From Candidatus Methanomethylicia archaeon (GTDB lineage Archaea > Thermoproteota > Methanomethylicia > Nezhaarchaeales > B40-G2), in assembly GCA_029259155.1 (NCBI GenBank), contig JAPDJI010000015.1:1-62223 (forward strand): a DNA stretch of 62,223 bases, written 5' to 3'. The notes under the pieces were generated by a model, which was not told where the DNA came from, did no database searches, and saw only the letters and a list, made by a program, of their open reading frames with translations. Positions 9,505 to 19,223 of this stretch are shown in pieces. The position numbers and the translations under genes are program-made. Each line of letters opens with the position of its first letter. Within the stretch, counting starts at the first letter, position 1.

Positions 9505-11412
9505 CTAGCACTTATGTACCGAAGCACCTGCTAGCTGAGCCACTAGGTCTAAGTAAGGGGGAGAGGGGTCGAAAACCCTATCGACCCTTGTGTCGAATAT
9601 GTCTAAGTCTACCTTGGACTCTTTGATAGCTAGCGCAAGCTTTTCAATCTCCTCCTTCAACCTTCCGGTCATCGATACGTTAGCCTTCCCATCGGTGATG
9701 AGGAAGGCTTTAACCATACACCTCCTATACTTAGCCTTAAACCTTTTAGCTAGCAGGAGGAGGTCGCTTAAAGCCGACGCTAATGGCGTCCGGCCTCCCG
9801 TAGGCAGTGAATCAATAGCCTCCAGTATCCTGCGGTAGTTCCTAGTGGGGGGTACAGTAACTTCAGCTCGGCTCCCCCTAAAGGTGATTAGGGCTACGGA
9901 ATCCCTCTTCACGTAGGAGTTCTCTATGAGCTTATGCGCTATGCCTTTAGCCACGCTTATTCTTCGCATTACGCTCATGCTCCCACTCGAGTCGAGCACT
10001 ATAACTGATAGCTTAGGGGCCCTATGCTTCCTCACCCTAACCCTATAATCCTCCTCATCTATGAATAGGGGGGTTGAAGGACTCCTTAAGGCCGCTGCGA
10101 CCATGGTAGCGGTGAGGTCTAGGTCGACGAGCTGGTCACTAGCCTTAGGCGGCATGTAGGAGACGGGGTACCCGTGGGGTAGGCCTACTACTGTGACTCT
10201 ATAACTCCTAGACCCCCTCGCCTTAGAGGGCCCTCTCGTCGACGGGGGCTTTCTTCCAAGGTTTAGGTCCACATTGACGTCGGCCGGGTTAAAGACTTTC
10301 TCCTCCCCCATAGACAAGCCTTGAGGGGGAGAGGATGAGCTAGGCTTATGTCTATGAGAGTGCTCCCCTCCTCCCTGGCCTTGCTCCGCCGTTAGTTGAG
10401 GGGGGCTAGGCGGCTTTAGGGGCTCTGATGGCTTAGACCTAGTTCTATGAGGGAGGGATAGCTCCATGGCCTTCTTAAGATCCTCTAAAGTAACCTTAAC
10501 TCTCCCGTCCAAGGCAGCTATGGCCTTAGCCGTCTTGACCGTAACTATCTCAGCGCGGTGTGTACCTATACCTAGGTTAACTACTGTATCGGCTAGCAGC
10601 TTTAAGAGGTCCTCGTCTATAGACACCTCCTTAATTAAATGCTTAGCCTTGACCACCGACGACCTAAGCCTCTCTTCCTCGGCTTCATACTTAGCGTAGA
10701 AACTCAAAGGGTCCCTATGAAACTCCTCAACTCTCCTGACAACCTCGACTCTTTCCTCGACTTCCCTTAACGGCTCGATCTGCACGTAGAGGCCGAACCT
10801 ATCAAGTATTTGAGGTCTAAGCTCGCCCTCCTCAGGGTTCATGCTACCGACCAGGATAAACCTTGCCGGATGCTTAACCGAGACCCCCTCCCTCTCAACC
10901 ACGTTCCACCCCATAGCCGCCGCGTCCAGCAACACATCGGCCACGTAGTCGTCCAGTAGGTTAACCTCATCTATGTACAATATGTTTCTATTAGCCTCTG
11001 CTAATAGCCCAGGCTGTAGAGCTCGAACCCCCTCTTTCAAGGCCCTCTTAATGTCCAAAGTCCCCACGAGCCTGTCGACGGTTATGCTTAGAGGAAGGTC
11101 AACGATCCTCATCCTACGTTTAACCGACCTGAGAAACTCGCCCCTCGCATACTTGGAGTAGCAGTCGTCGCACATTTCAAGCTGGTTGTAAGGGCTACAG
11201 TTGAAGGGACAGTCTTCAACCACCTCCACTTCAGGTAAGACGTGGGCCAGCGATCTAACCATGGTTGACTTACCCGTCCCCTTCTCGCCGCTGAGGAGCA
11301 CACCACCTATGGTAGGGTCTACGGCGCAGCATAGAAGGGCTAGCTCAGCCTTCTCCTGGCCTACTATGGCGGTGAAGGGGTAAACTAGCCTACGCTCTTG
11401 ATTATGACTCAA
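9505..11412 (-). CDS. Chelatase AAA+/vWA subunit (ChlI/ChlD-type), probable CobN partner
   Basis: YPFTAIVGQE, GEKGTGKST, PGLLAEANRNILYIDEVNLL, MNPEEGELRPQILDRFG; vWA DSSGSM, GGRTPL, TDGKAN. Confidence 0.92.
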   Translation of the reverse strand: MSHNQERRLVYPFTAIVGQEKAELALLCCAVDPTIGGVLLSGEKGTGKSTMVRSLAHVLPEVEVVEDCPFNCSPYNQLEMCDDCYSKYARGEFLRSVKRRMRIVDLPLSITVDRLVGTLDIKRALKEGVRALQPGLLAEANRNILYIDEVNLLDDYVADVLLDAAAMGWNVVEREGVSVKHPARFILVGSMNPEEGELRPQILDRFGLYVQIEPLREVEERVEVVRRVEEFHRDPLSFYAKYEAEEERLRSSVVKAKHLIKEVSIDEDLLKLLADTVVNLGIGTHRAEIVTVKTAKAIAALDGRVKVTLEDLKKAMELSLPHRTRSKPSEPLKPPSPPQLTAEQGQGGGEHSHRHKPSSSSPPQGLSMGEEKVFNPADVNVDLNLGRKPPSTRGPSKARGSRSYRVTVVGLPHGYPVSYMPPKASDQLVDLDLTATMVAAALRSPSTPLFIDEEDYRVRVRKHRAPKLSVIVLDSSGSMSVMRRISVAKGIAHKLIENSYVKRDSVALITFRGSRAEVTVPPTRNYRRILEAIDSLPTGGRTPLASALSDLLLLAKRFKAKYRRCMVKAFLITDGKANVSMTGRLKEEIEKLALAIKESKVDLDIFDTRVDRVFDPSPPYLDLVAQLAGASVHKC

Positions 11413-11519
11413 TCAAACGCCCCTCATCGTGACGTTCTCGAGTTACCTTTATCCTTCACTAATTTGGGTATTAAAAAGTTACTAAGCGTGACACTTAGCT
11501 TGACGGGCTACACTTGTCA

Positions 11520-11665
11520 GCAGGAGGGAGAGTCCATAAGCTTAAGGGGGTTAGACGACAAGGTCTACTTCAGGATTACTGCTAGCGATTAGAAGGGGGA
11601 TGGTATACGTTGCGTGGATGAAGGTCTAAGCGGTTTATCTTGAGAGGGTTGAACTGGTTGATTGA
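11520..11665 (+). pseudogene. Possible decayed RelE/ParE toxin gene
   Basis: Frameshifted reading VHKLKG/LDDKVYFRITASD*KG/MVYVAW..AVYLERVE resembles the RelE KLKG..YRIRVGDYRV.Y.V pattern. Confidence 0.35.
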
Positions 11666-12140
11666 GTAAGTCGTTGAGTGACCGGCGGCTTCTACCTGCC
11701 CCCCAGCCTAAATACCACTGCACAGGTTGGAGCTACCCATGGTCTTCTTAGGCCTCATAGGCTTTGTCGGTGACGCATTAAGTCGATTTAAGGAAAGATC
11801 TTGGCGCATCCATTCGATGTGAGCATGTAGGGGGCCGAGGCCATGGATCAAACACGCCATGGGTGAACATCACGGAGCGCTTTAAGGTTCACGTCAGCCT
11901 CCTCTTCTCATACACCTAGAGCTCTTAAATAACTAAGTGTAAAAATTTCAGCCCGTGCCGTGATGCATGGCTTCGATCTAACAATCCTTTATGGCCGCCA
12001 GGTTGGATTCTTCTCCTTCAATTCTATTAGCATGAAATTGGCCGCCTTACATCTACTAGGGTCTTCCCTGTCAAGGTGACCGCATACTTTAACCCACTCC
12101 TAGTACCTTTAGTCGTAGGTGCTTGCGTGAGTGATGTAGA

Positions 12141-13199
12141 TTGAAAGCGAGGTTACTGGACGAGAAAAACAGGGAGCTAGAGGTGAAAATAGAGAGCGAG
12201 GACGATCTATGGGTACTCTACAACGTCTTGGAGAAGGGAGATGTAGTGAAGGCTTGGACCACAAGGGAGCTTAAGGCAGATTCGGGCAGTAGGAGAAAAG
12301 CGATGAAAATATCGTTACGCATGGAGCGCGCTGAGTTTCAACCCTTCACGACTAGGCTTAGGATCCATGGCTTCATCGTGGAGGGGCCGAAAGAGCTCGA
12401 CCTAGAGGGGCAGAGGCATACGGTAGCGGTAGACGTCAACGATGAAGTGGTGATATATCGAGAGGATGGCTGGCCTAGCCACGCCTTAGCTAAGATAAGG
12501 GAGTCCTGTAGACGGGTATCTATGAAAGCCTTAGCGGTAGGCGTAGACTACGAAGAGGCCGCTATAGCCTACCTGAGAGACTACGGCGTTGAGGTGATAG
12601 CTGAGCTGTCCTTGAATCTTCCAGGAAAACGGGATCCGGAAGGCAGGAGGAGGGCGCTAGAGGCCAAGGTGAAGGAGGTGGCTGATGCGGCGCTAACCGC
12701 CGCCGATCGGTTTGACGTTAACGTAGTGGTGGTGGCTGGCCCAGGCTTCGTGAAGGATATGGTGGCTGAAGAGCTTGAAGGGAAGGTTAAGGGGAAGGTT
12801 AAGGTGTATAGGGAAAGCGCCTCTGACGGTGGGCTCAGGGCGGTTTACGAGGCTTTAAAGAGAGGAGTAATGGTGAAGGTACTTAGAGACCATGAATTAG
12901 TGGAGGAGGAAAGGCTCATCGAGGAGTTCATGTATGTACTTGCAAAAGATGAGAGGCGCGTAGCCTACTCACTAGTTGACGTAGAGGCAGCGGTTAAAAT
13001 GGGCGCAGTAGAGAAACTCATGGTTTCCAGCGAGCTTCTCCGCAGCCTAGACGAAGAAGAGAGGCGGAGGGTAGAGGAGGTGGTTAGGGAGGCGGAAAGG
13101 CTTGGAGCTAAAGTCAAGGTGTTTAGTTCTATGCACGAAACCCACCGTAGATTGAAAGCGCTAGGCGGGATAGCTGCTATCTTAAGGTTTAGGCGTTAG
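12141..13199 (+). CDS. pelA: mRNA surveillance protein pelota (aPelota)
   Basis: ESEDDLWVLYNVLEKGD, EFQPFTTRLRIHG, AGPGFVK, LGGIAAILRF. Confidence 0.95.
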   Translation: MKARLLDEKNRELEVKIESEDDLWVLYNVLEKGDVVKAWTTRELKADSGSRRKAMKISLRMERAEFQPFTTRLRIHGFIVEGPKELDLEGQRHTVAVDVNDEVVIYREDGWPSHALAKIRESCRRVSMKALAVGVDYEEAAIAYLRDYGVEVIAELSLNLPGKRDPEGRRRALEAKVKEVADAALTAADRFDVNVVVVAGPGFVKDMVAEELEGKVKGKVKVYRESASDGGLRAVYEALKRGVMVKVLRDHELVEEERLIEEFMYVLAKDERRVAYSLVDVEAAVKMGAVEKLMVSSELLRSLDEEERRRVEEVVREAERLGAKVKVFSSMHETHRRLKALGGIAAILRFRR

Positions 13200-13633
13200 C
13201 TTCTCCGAGCCCTAGCGAAGTCGAAGACTCCTTTAAGTATCATCACGGCTGGGGACGCCATGAACAGGTACATCAAGTTATGCATAGACACCGTAGCCTC
13301 CACGCTAGCCTCCAAAGGCTGGGTTAAGGTCAAGTACACGGTTAACGCGCCGCCGTTAAAGAGCGCATATATATAGATGATTCCAGCCAAGCCTAAGATC
13401 ATGGTTAAGAGGCCTTTACCCCCCCTCAGTAAGATGGTGAGGAAAGCGGCAGCGGCGAAGAAGAGAGATGACGGTAATAGGAGGGGGGAGGGCTCAATCT
13501 CCAAGGCAATAGATGGAGGGAGGAATTGTTTGATCTCGCTCATAGCCATTACAGGAGCGTAGTACAGGAGCAGTATGGACACTATGAAGGCCGCTGCTGA
13601 AGCCACCATTCTGATAGGGCTTATCTTAAACAT
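13196..13633 (-). CDS. Hypothetical membrane protein (about 4 TM segments)
   Basis: Several hydrophobic stretches; start overlaps the end of the upstream gene. Confidence 0.7.
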   Translation of the reverse strand: MFKISPIRMVASAAAFIVSILLLYYAPVMAMSEIKQFLPPSIALEIEPSPLLLPSSLFFAAAAFLTILLRGGKGLLTMILGLAGIIYIYALFNGGALTVYLTLTQPLEASVEATVSMHNLMYLFMASPAVMILKGVFDFARARRS

Positions 13634-14760
13634 TCAACACCACCTCCTGTGTGAAGGAGCCGTAGTCAGTGGAGGCTTCCACCACTACTTTGAAGGTTCC
13701 TGGATGGATATCGCTTATAGCCACGTAGGCTTCCAGCTCACCGCTAAAGCTTTCACCTGGCTCAATGCCAAGCTCCAGTGGAGCCCCTTGGGCTATGAGG
13801 TTTTCACCGTCATAGACCCTCATGGTCAGCGACCCTTCTACCCTTATAGGTGAACGGTTCCTAAAGCTTAGAGGCGTGCTCACCTTGAAGTGACCCGAGT
13901 TATGAGAGGTTAAGGAGGGAGTCCCTGCCTGGAAATCGGAGAGCGGCGCTCCCCAGCTATAGCTGACAGGGGAGTTCATTGAGGCTTGAAAGCCTTCAAC
14001 CTCCACCTCCGCCACCAAGATATATTGAAGCTCCACGTCGTTAAACACTAAGGTCTCCAGGAACTCCTCATCTATATTGACGTAGAGAGTAGCTAAGCCC
14101 TCGAAGGCTTCACCACTGGACACCGTGATCGGTAGCACTCCCATCCCTACGGGTTGAAGCGTTGAGGAGAGTGAGGGAAGCCGTGGTCCCTAAATCTATG
14201 TAAGGTGAATGGTTCTCGAAGCCTAAGGGAACCTGGATGAGAAGACAGCTGCTATTATAGAGGCTGGCTGAAGGGCTACTAACCGTTAAGCCGTAGAGCG
14301 GGGCACCCCAAGGTATGCTGGCTTCCCCTTCAACCTTCGCTGAGAGAAGATCGCCAACTCCAGCTTCAGCCCTTAAAGATAGGTCGAGCACTGTATCGTT
14401 GAAGAGAAGGAGGTTTCTCAGCTCAGGGCTAAGGTTGGTTAATGCTAGTTCGACGCTTAGAGATATGGTTCCTTGGCTATTGGGAGGGATATCTATAGGG
14501 GTGCTTTGACCGGCAGCTAACATCAACTCTCCATGTTTAACGTAAGCCTCAACCTTAACCCCACGTTAAGGTAAAGGTCCACGATTCATGAGCGTTATGC
14601 GGGGCTCCACCGTCATCACACCGTCCTCCACATCCATGGAGAAGCCTTCCACAGAAAAACTGAGAGAACTTGCCGTTAAGATGGGTTGAACCGCCACCCC
14701 AGCCGCTATGAGGAGGAGCGCTAATGAAGCTAAAATGAAAATGAGTGAGGAATATTTCAT
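13626..14760 (-). pseudogene. Disrupted membrane-anchored surface protein with repeated beta-rich (LEA2/Ig-like) modules
   Basis: ORFs 14566-14760 and 14110-14526 are in frame across a single TAA; a frameshift near 14150 leads into ORF 13626-14144; repeated WGAPL..F.N.SP units; N-terminal TM segment. Confidence 0.75.
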
Positions 14761-14802
14761 ACTGCTCAGCCACTTCGAAAAAGCATTACATAGTTTTTAT
14801 GC

Positions 14803-15540
14803 TTATCCCTGCAATTTTCTAGGTAAGTAAAGGTCGTCTAACCCTGCTCCTAGCCTTGATAGAAGCGTTAAAGGATACTTTATATTCCCAACATCGCTAA
14901 TCCTATGAGCGTCGCTGCCCATGGATAGCTTCACGCCCTCCTTCAAACATTTCTTGACCACCTGCTCGTCTGGCACAGTCCATGACCCATTAATCTCTAT
15001 AGCTACTCCAAGCGATGCAGCTGTCCTAACTACGCTATCAACCCAGTCCTCCGTTATCAGAGAGCTAGCCATACCTCTAATATCCTCAGGTAGCCAGGTC
15101 AAGTGTGCTATTACGTCGATCACCTTAGACTCCATAGCCTCGATGATCACCACCCTCATGTTCTCCACGAAGCCCTTAGGGTCAGGTATAGGGGTTGGAT
15201 CTCCCCAGAAAGCTATCCCAGCCATTTTATGGACGCCGGCTATGACATAGTCAAATAGAGGTTTCTCCGAGGGGTCTAGGCTTAGATCCCCATCCTCGTA
15301 GATATCCACCTCCACACCTTTAAGTAGGCTAGCAGCTTGAGCTTCGCTAAGGTATCTCTTTAGCGTATTGCTCCCCATCCTTCCACGTTCTCCTCCAGGA
15401 CCGCTGGAGTAATGGTCAGCTAACCCCGCCATGTCGAGCTTCTTTACCTTCACCATCCTAGCGATGTCAGCGACCGTGGATTCTCCGTCAGAGAAAATCG
15501 AATGTATATGGAGGTCTACTCTAGGTAGCTCCTTACTCAT
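14803..15540 (-). CDS. PHP-domain phosphoesterase
   Basis: DLHIHSIFSDG, ADH, GVEVD, IAGVH, IAH, EIN, GSDAH. Confidence 0.9.
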   Translation of the reverse strand: MSKELPRVDLHIHSIFSDGESTVADIARMVKVKKLDMAGLADHYSSGPGGERGRMGSNTLKRYLSEAQAASLLKGVEVDIYEDGDLSLDPSEKPLFDYVIAGVHKMAGIAFWGDPTPIPDPKGFVENMRVVIIEAMESKVIDVIAHLTWLPEDIRGMASSLITEDWVDSVVRTAASLGVAIEINGSWTVPDEQVVKKCLKEGVKLSMGSDAHRISDVGNIKYPLTLLSRLGAGLDDLYLPRKLQG

Positions 15541-15568
15541 AGAGAACTCCCTTAAAATAACTTACATC

Positions 15569-16252
15569 TTAGAAGTCAACTGCTCCGTAAACAGCTCCTT
15601 CCAGCCCCTCATCCTCGCCTTCCCTAGGCCTCTCGATTATTTTACCCGTGGATGTGCGCCATATGTTTTCATCTACCCGCAGCCATACCAAAGGTCCTTT
15701 GACGTGTTTAAGAGACTTAGCCCTATAGATAGCTGACTTTACCACAGCGAGGGGGTTGCCTTGAAGCTTCCTTAAAGCCTCCTCGTCCGACTTATACGTC
15801 TGCTTGTACCTGTAAAGTTCTCCTCGAAGCGTGCTCTCTGCTAGCAGGTTAGTGAAGCAAAGCTCATTTACACTTATGAGAGCGTCCACGACAAGCTCCA
15901 CGGCTTCTGAAAGGTACGGAAACCTGCTCCAAAGGTAGCTCGTCTCCTTAACTAGCCTCTCGTGCTTAGCGAAGACGTGAGCGTCTTGGGCACGAAGCAC
16001 CAGCTTAACTCTTTCACGCCACTTATCCAGCCACCTCTCAGCCCAGTAGTCAGCGTATTCCTGGTGGTCGACGCTAGGAGAAGGGGGCATGGATCTGACG
16101 TAGTTCTTGAAGTCGTTGATAGCCACGTTGACCAGCATCCTACCTTCAGGTTCGTGGCGTTTAAAACCTGGTATACGCTCCGATAACCTATCGAGCACCT
16201 TAGAGGTTAAGAGGCGCTCCCTCGCCCAGCCAGCTGGGTACATGAAGCTCAA
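15569..16252 (-). CDS. Hypothetical protein
   Basis: 227-aa ORF of normal composition with TATA-like TTTATA upstream; no family recognised. Confidence 0.7.
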   Translation of the reverse strand: MSFMYPAGWARERLLTSKVLDRLSERIPGFKRHEPEGRMLVNVAINDFKNYVRSMPPSPSVDHQEYADYWAERWLDKWRERVKLVLRAQDAHVFAKHERLVKETSYLWSRFPYLSEAVELVVDALISVNELCFTNLLAESTLRGELYRYKQTYKSDEEALRKLQGNPLAVVKSAIYRAKSLKHVKGPLVWLRVDENIWRTSTGKIIERPREGEDEGLEGAVYGAVDF

Positions 16253-16303
16253 AGATAGAGGAAGGGGCTAAATATAAACTCTCTCATTCCGTTGAGCTAG
16301 GAG

Positions 16304-16981
16304 GTGGAGATGACGTGGCTCGCCGTGTTCGACGTGGACGGAACCTTAACTAACCTAGCCGACTCCTGGCGCTTCTTCCATGAAAAGCTAGGTACATGGA
16401 GCAAGGCGAAGAGACACGCTGAGCTCTTCTTCTCGGGGGCCATAGATTACGGTAAGTGGGCCGAGTTAGACGTAGGTCTCTGGAGAGGGGTAAACTTAGA
16501 TCAGATGGCTAAGCTCGCCGGATCGGTTTCGTGGAGGAGTGGAGCTGAACGTTTGTCCCAGCTTAAGGAGTATGGCTATAAGCTTATCGCGGTGACCACA
16601 GGTATCTCATTGCTGGCTGACAGAGCATTACGTGAGTTGGGCTTCGACCGTGTTATTGCTAATAGGTTGGAGGTTGAAGGGTGCGTACTCACCGGTAAAA
16701 TGAAGGTGGAGGTAGAGTATTGGGGTAAAGGGGTGGTCTTAAGGAGGTTGATGGAAGAAGAAGGGGCCGAGTTCACCGTAGTAGTGGGCGATGGTGTACC
16801 GGACGTGGAGATGTTTAAGGAGGCAGACGTAAGCGTAGCCTTTAACCCTCTCAGCCTTAAGGTTAAGGCCGCCTCCGACATAACGATAAGGTCAGAAGAT
16901 CTAAACCTAGTGGTTAACCTCCTCGTAGGGCTGGCACTATCCTTTAGGGGACGAGCTACCATCTACCGTAGATTACCTTGA
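16304..16981 (+). CDS. HAD-superfamily phosphatase (phosphoserine phosphatase-like)
   Basis: FDVDGTL, VTTG, K, VGDGVPD motifs. Confidence 0.85.
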   Translation: MEMTWLAVFDVDGTLTNLADSWRFFHEKLGTWSKAKRHAELFFSGAIDYGKWAELDVGLWRGVNLDQMAKLAGSVSWRSGAERLSQLKEYGYKLIAVTTGISLLADRALRELGFDRVIANRLEVEGCVLTGKMKVEVEYWGKGVVLRRLMEEEGAEFTVVVGDGVPDVEMFKEADVSVAFNPLSLKVKAASDITIRSEDLNLVVNLLVGLALSFRGRATIYRRLP

Positions 16982-17276
16982 AGCCGTTAAACTCCCCCGT
17001 ATAGGGCTCCCAGTACACCTCAACGTTCTTGACCCTGGCGCCTGGCGGGCCCTTCCAACACTGCTTAACCATGTCCTCCACCGCTTCCTTGTCACCTTCA
17101 AAGACAGCCTCCACCCTACCGTCAGCTAGGTTACGTACCCACCCTGTGAGGTCTCGCTTAATAGCTTCATCCTCCGTCCAAGCTCTAAAGAAGACGCCCT
17201 GCACTCTACCGCTAATATATACGTGAGCTCTAACCTTTAATCCTGCCTCGTCACTCAAACCACCTTTCCCCCTCAC
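16956..17276 (-). CDS. acyP: Acylphosphatase
   Basis: GRVQGVFFR, GWVRNLADGRVE, GPPGARV. Confidence 0.95.
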   Translation of the reverse strand: MRGKGGLSDEAGLKVRAHVYISGRVQGVFFRAWTEDEAIKRDLTGWVRNLADGRVEAVFEGDKEAVEDMVKQCWKGPPGARVKNVEVYWEPYTGEFNGFKVIYGRW

Positions 17277-17832
17277 GAGGAAACTCCCTCTCAGCTAGGT
17301 TCCTTAAAGCCTTTCTAAGCACTCTCCTCACAAGCCACCTACGATTAACATCCCCATAAAGGCTGACCGCTGCCTTCCTAATGCTGCCTTTCTTAGCCAC
17401 TTCACTTAGTATTCGACGCTCCTCGTTCGTCAACGTTAACCCGCTCTCAAGCATAGCTTCAGCCACCTTCGCCGGCGATAACATGGAAGAGGGCTTGTCG
17501 TCGAGCAGCTTTAACACCTTGAAGTTTATGATGGTTACGGGCTCATCCAAGCCGAACTTGCCGTAAACCTTCCTAAGCGCCTTTAAAAGCTCTTCAAGGC
17601 TATTAAAGCCGTCGCGCTTAGCATCTTCTTCAGTAAGCTCCCTTAGCCTCTTATGCTCCACCCCAGTGATCTCAAGCTTAGCTACGTCCCTCCCCCCTCC
17701 ATGAAGCACCACTACTTTATGTCTAGGTTTAATCAAGCCTAGCCTAATCGTAGTTCTTTTAGCTCCTCTGAGTACAAGCTCCACGAACTCTCCTTTCATC
17801 GTTAACTTACGCCCGATAACCCCTGTCTTCAA
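17251..17832 (-). CDS. ASCH-domain protein with C-terminal HTH-like segment
   Basis: GAKRTTIRLG, LTEEDAKRDGF, then LTNEERRIL..GSIRKAA. Confidence 0.85.
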   Translation of the reverse strand: MKTGVIGRKLTMKGEFVELVLRGAKRTTIRLGLIKPRHKVVVLHGGGRDVAKLEITGVEHKRLRELTEEDAKRDGFNSLEELLKALRKVYGKFGLDEPVTIINFKVLKLLDDKPSSMLSPAKVAEAMLESGLTLTNEERRILSEVAKKGSIRKAAVSLYGDVNRRWLVRRVLRKALRNLAEREFPREGERWFE

Positions 17833-17834
17833 GC

Positions 17835-19223
17835 CTACTCTCCCACTTTAAGCCCATATTTCCCAGCTATATCCTTGAAAGCCCACGCGAGGTGTTTGAT
17901 CTGTCTCCACGTCAAGCCGTAGGTGTTCAGCTTCCACCTTCTCGTCGCGCCCGGAAAGATGCCTGTAATCCTTCGTTTAGTCAGCTCGTCGATTAAGAAG
18001 TAGCCTCTACGCTTATGGTTTCTAGCTACTTTATCGAAGCTCCCTGAAGTGTCCACGTAGGTTAAGGTATGTTTCCTAGGTAGTTGGCTAAGCACCTTAG
18101 AGCCTTCCACCTTAAGGAACTCCTTCACGAAGTAGTTTACCTTCTCCAGCTCCTCATCCCACCTCTTAACCCGCTCTTTCACTCGTGGAAAGCTGGCCAT
18201 CATGGCCACCGCCACCGCCCCCATCAACGTACATCCTAGCAGCTCCACCTCCTTCACCTCGAAGATCCTGCCGGTCACGTCGCACACCATCTTGGATGTC
18301 CTAAACACCTTGTCCACCCACTCCTCGGTGGTGGCTAAGATGCCTGAAGGCGCTGGAGAAGCAAAGCTCTTATGGCCTGAGCCGGCCAAGAAGTCTACGC
18401 CTAGCTCCTTGCCGTTGACCGGCATCACCCCTATCGAGTAAGCTCCATTACAGAGTACAGGGATTCCGTATTCATGTGCTACCTTGGCCACCCCCTTCAC
18501 GTCGTGCTCGTTCCCATACATGTAGTCGAAGTGGTCCACGACCACCAGCTTAGGAAGCCTACCTGTCTCCCGCTTAACCTCTTCAATCTTCTCAGCGACC
18601 ATTTCACCCCTCAGGACGTTGTCCTCGCTGAGGGGGACCTCCTTAACTATCCCTCCAGCCTCCTCCACGGCCAACACCTCCGTGTAGTGCGCAAGCGTTG
18701 ATATCAGCGCTACATCACCTTTCTCAAGCAGAGTCCTAGTAACAGCTTGAAAAGCGCGCCTAGCACCCGGCATTAACCTAACCTCGTCCATACCGAGAAA
18801 CTCAGCTAGCTCAGCGTGGAACTCGGCTAAGGGAGGCCTCTTGACCTTATCCAGCCTGAAAGGCCTTAGACACCAGTCGCACGTGGAGTACCCGTCGCCG
18901 TAAGCTATGAGAGCCTTCATAGCCTCCGCGGTCAACCTACCGGCGGGCTGAATAGGGTCGATGTTTATGAAAAGCTCCTCCCTCGCCCTCACCTCTATGT
19001 CGTCTAATATGTACATGTTAAATGCCTCCTCTACGGGTTTGGGATCCTTTAAGAATTCCTCGAGCTCAGCTAGACATCGCTTAGCCCTTTCGAGGCAAGA
19101 TGCTGCCCTAGACCTCTGCTCCTCATCCATCTCATATAGCGGTTTAACTTCCCTAAACAGCTCTCTAAGGTCAGTTAAGGAGAAGAGAGCGTCGAAAAGA
19201 TTCTTCACGGCTTTAACTGACAT
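17835..19223 (-). CDS. pscS: Sep-tRNA:Cys-tRNA synthase with N-terminal extension
   Basis: PIQPAGRLT, GDGYSTCDWC, GSGHKS (PLP Lys), LLGCT, RRGYFL, KLNTYG. Confidence 0.93.
   Translation of the reverse strand: MSVKAVKNLFDALFSLTDLRELFREVKPLYEMDEEQRSRAASCLERAKRCLAELEEFLKDPKPVEEAFNMYILDDIEVRAREELFINIDPIQPAGRLTAEAMKALIAYGDGYSTCDWCLRPFRLDKVKRPPLAEFHAELAEFLGMDEVRLMPGARRAFQAVTRTLLEKGDVALISTLAHYTEVLAVEEAGGIVKEVPLSEDNVLRGEMVAEKIEEVKRETGRLPKLVVVDHFDYMYGNEHDVKGVAKVAHEYGIPVLCNGAYSIGVMPVNGKELGVDFLAGSGHKSFASPAPSGILATTEEWVDKVFRTSKMVCDVTGRIFEVKEVELLGCTLMGAVAVAMMASFPRVKERVKRWDEELEKVNYFVKEFLKVEGSKVLSQLPRKHTLTYVDTSGSFDKVARNHKRRGYFLIDELTKRRITGIFPGATRRWKLNTYGLTWRQIKHLAWAFKDIAGKYGLKVGE

Noticed and set aside
11413-12140. 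Cobalamin riboswitch or transposase fragment (LIELKEKNPTW) upstream of the chelatase gene
   Set aside because: No B12-box consensus visible, and the peptide similarity is too short to support.
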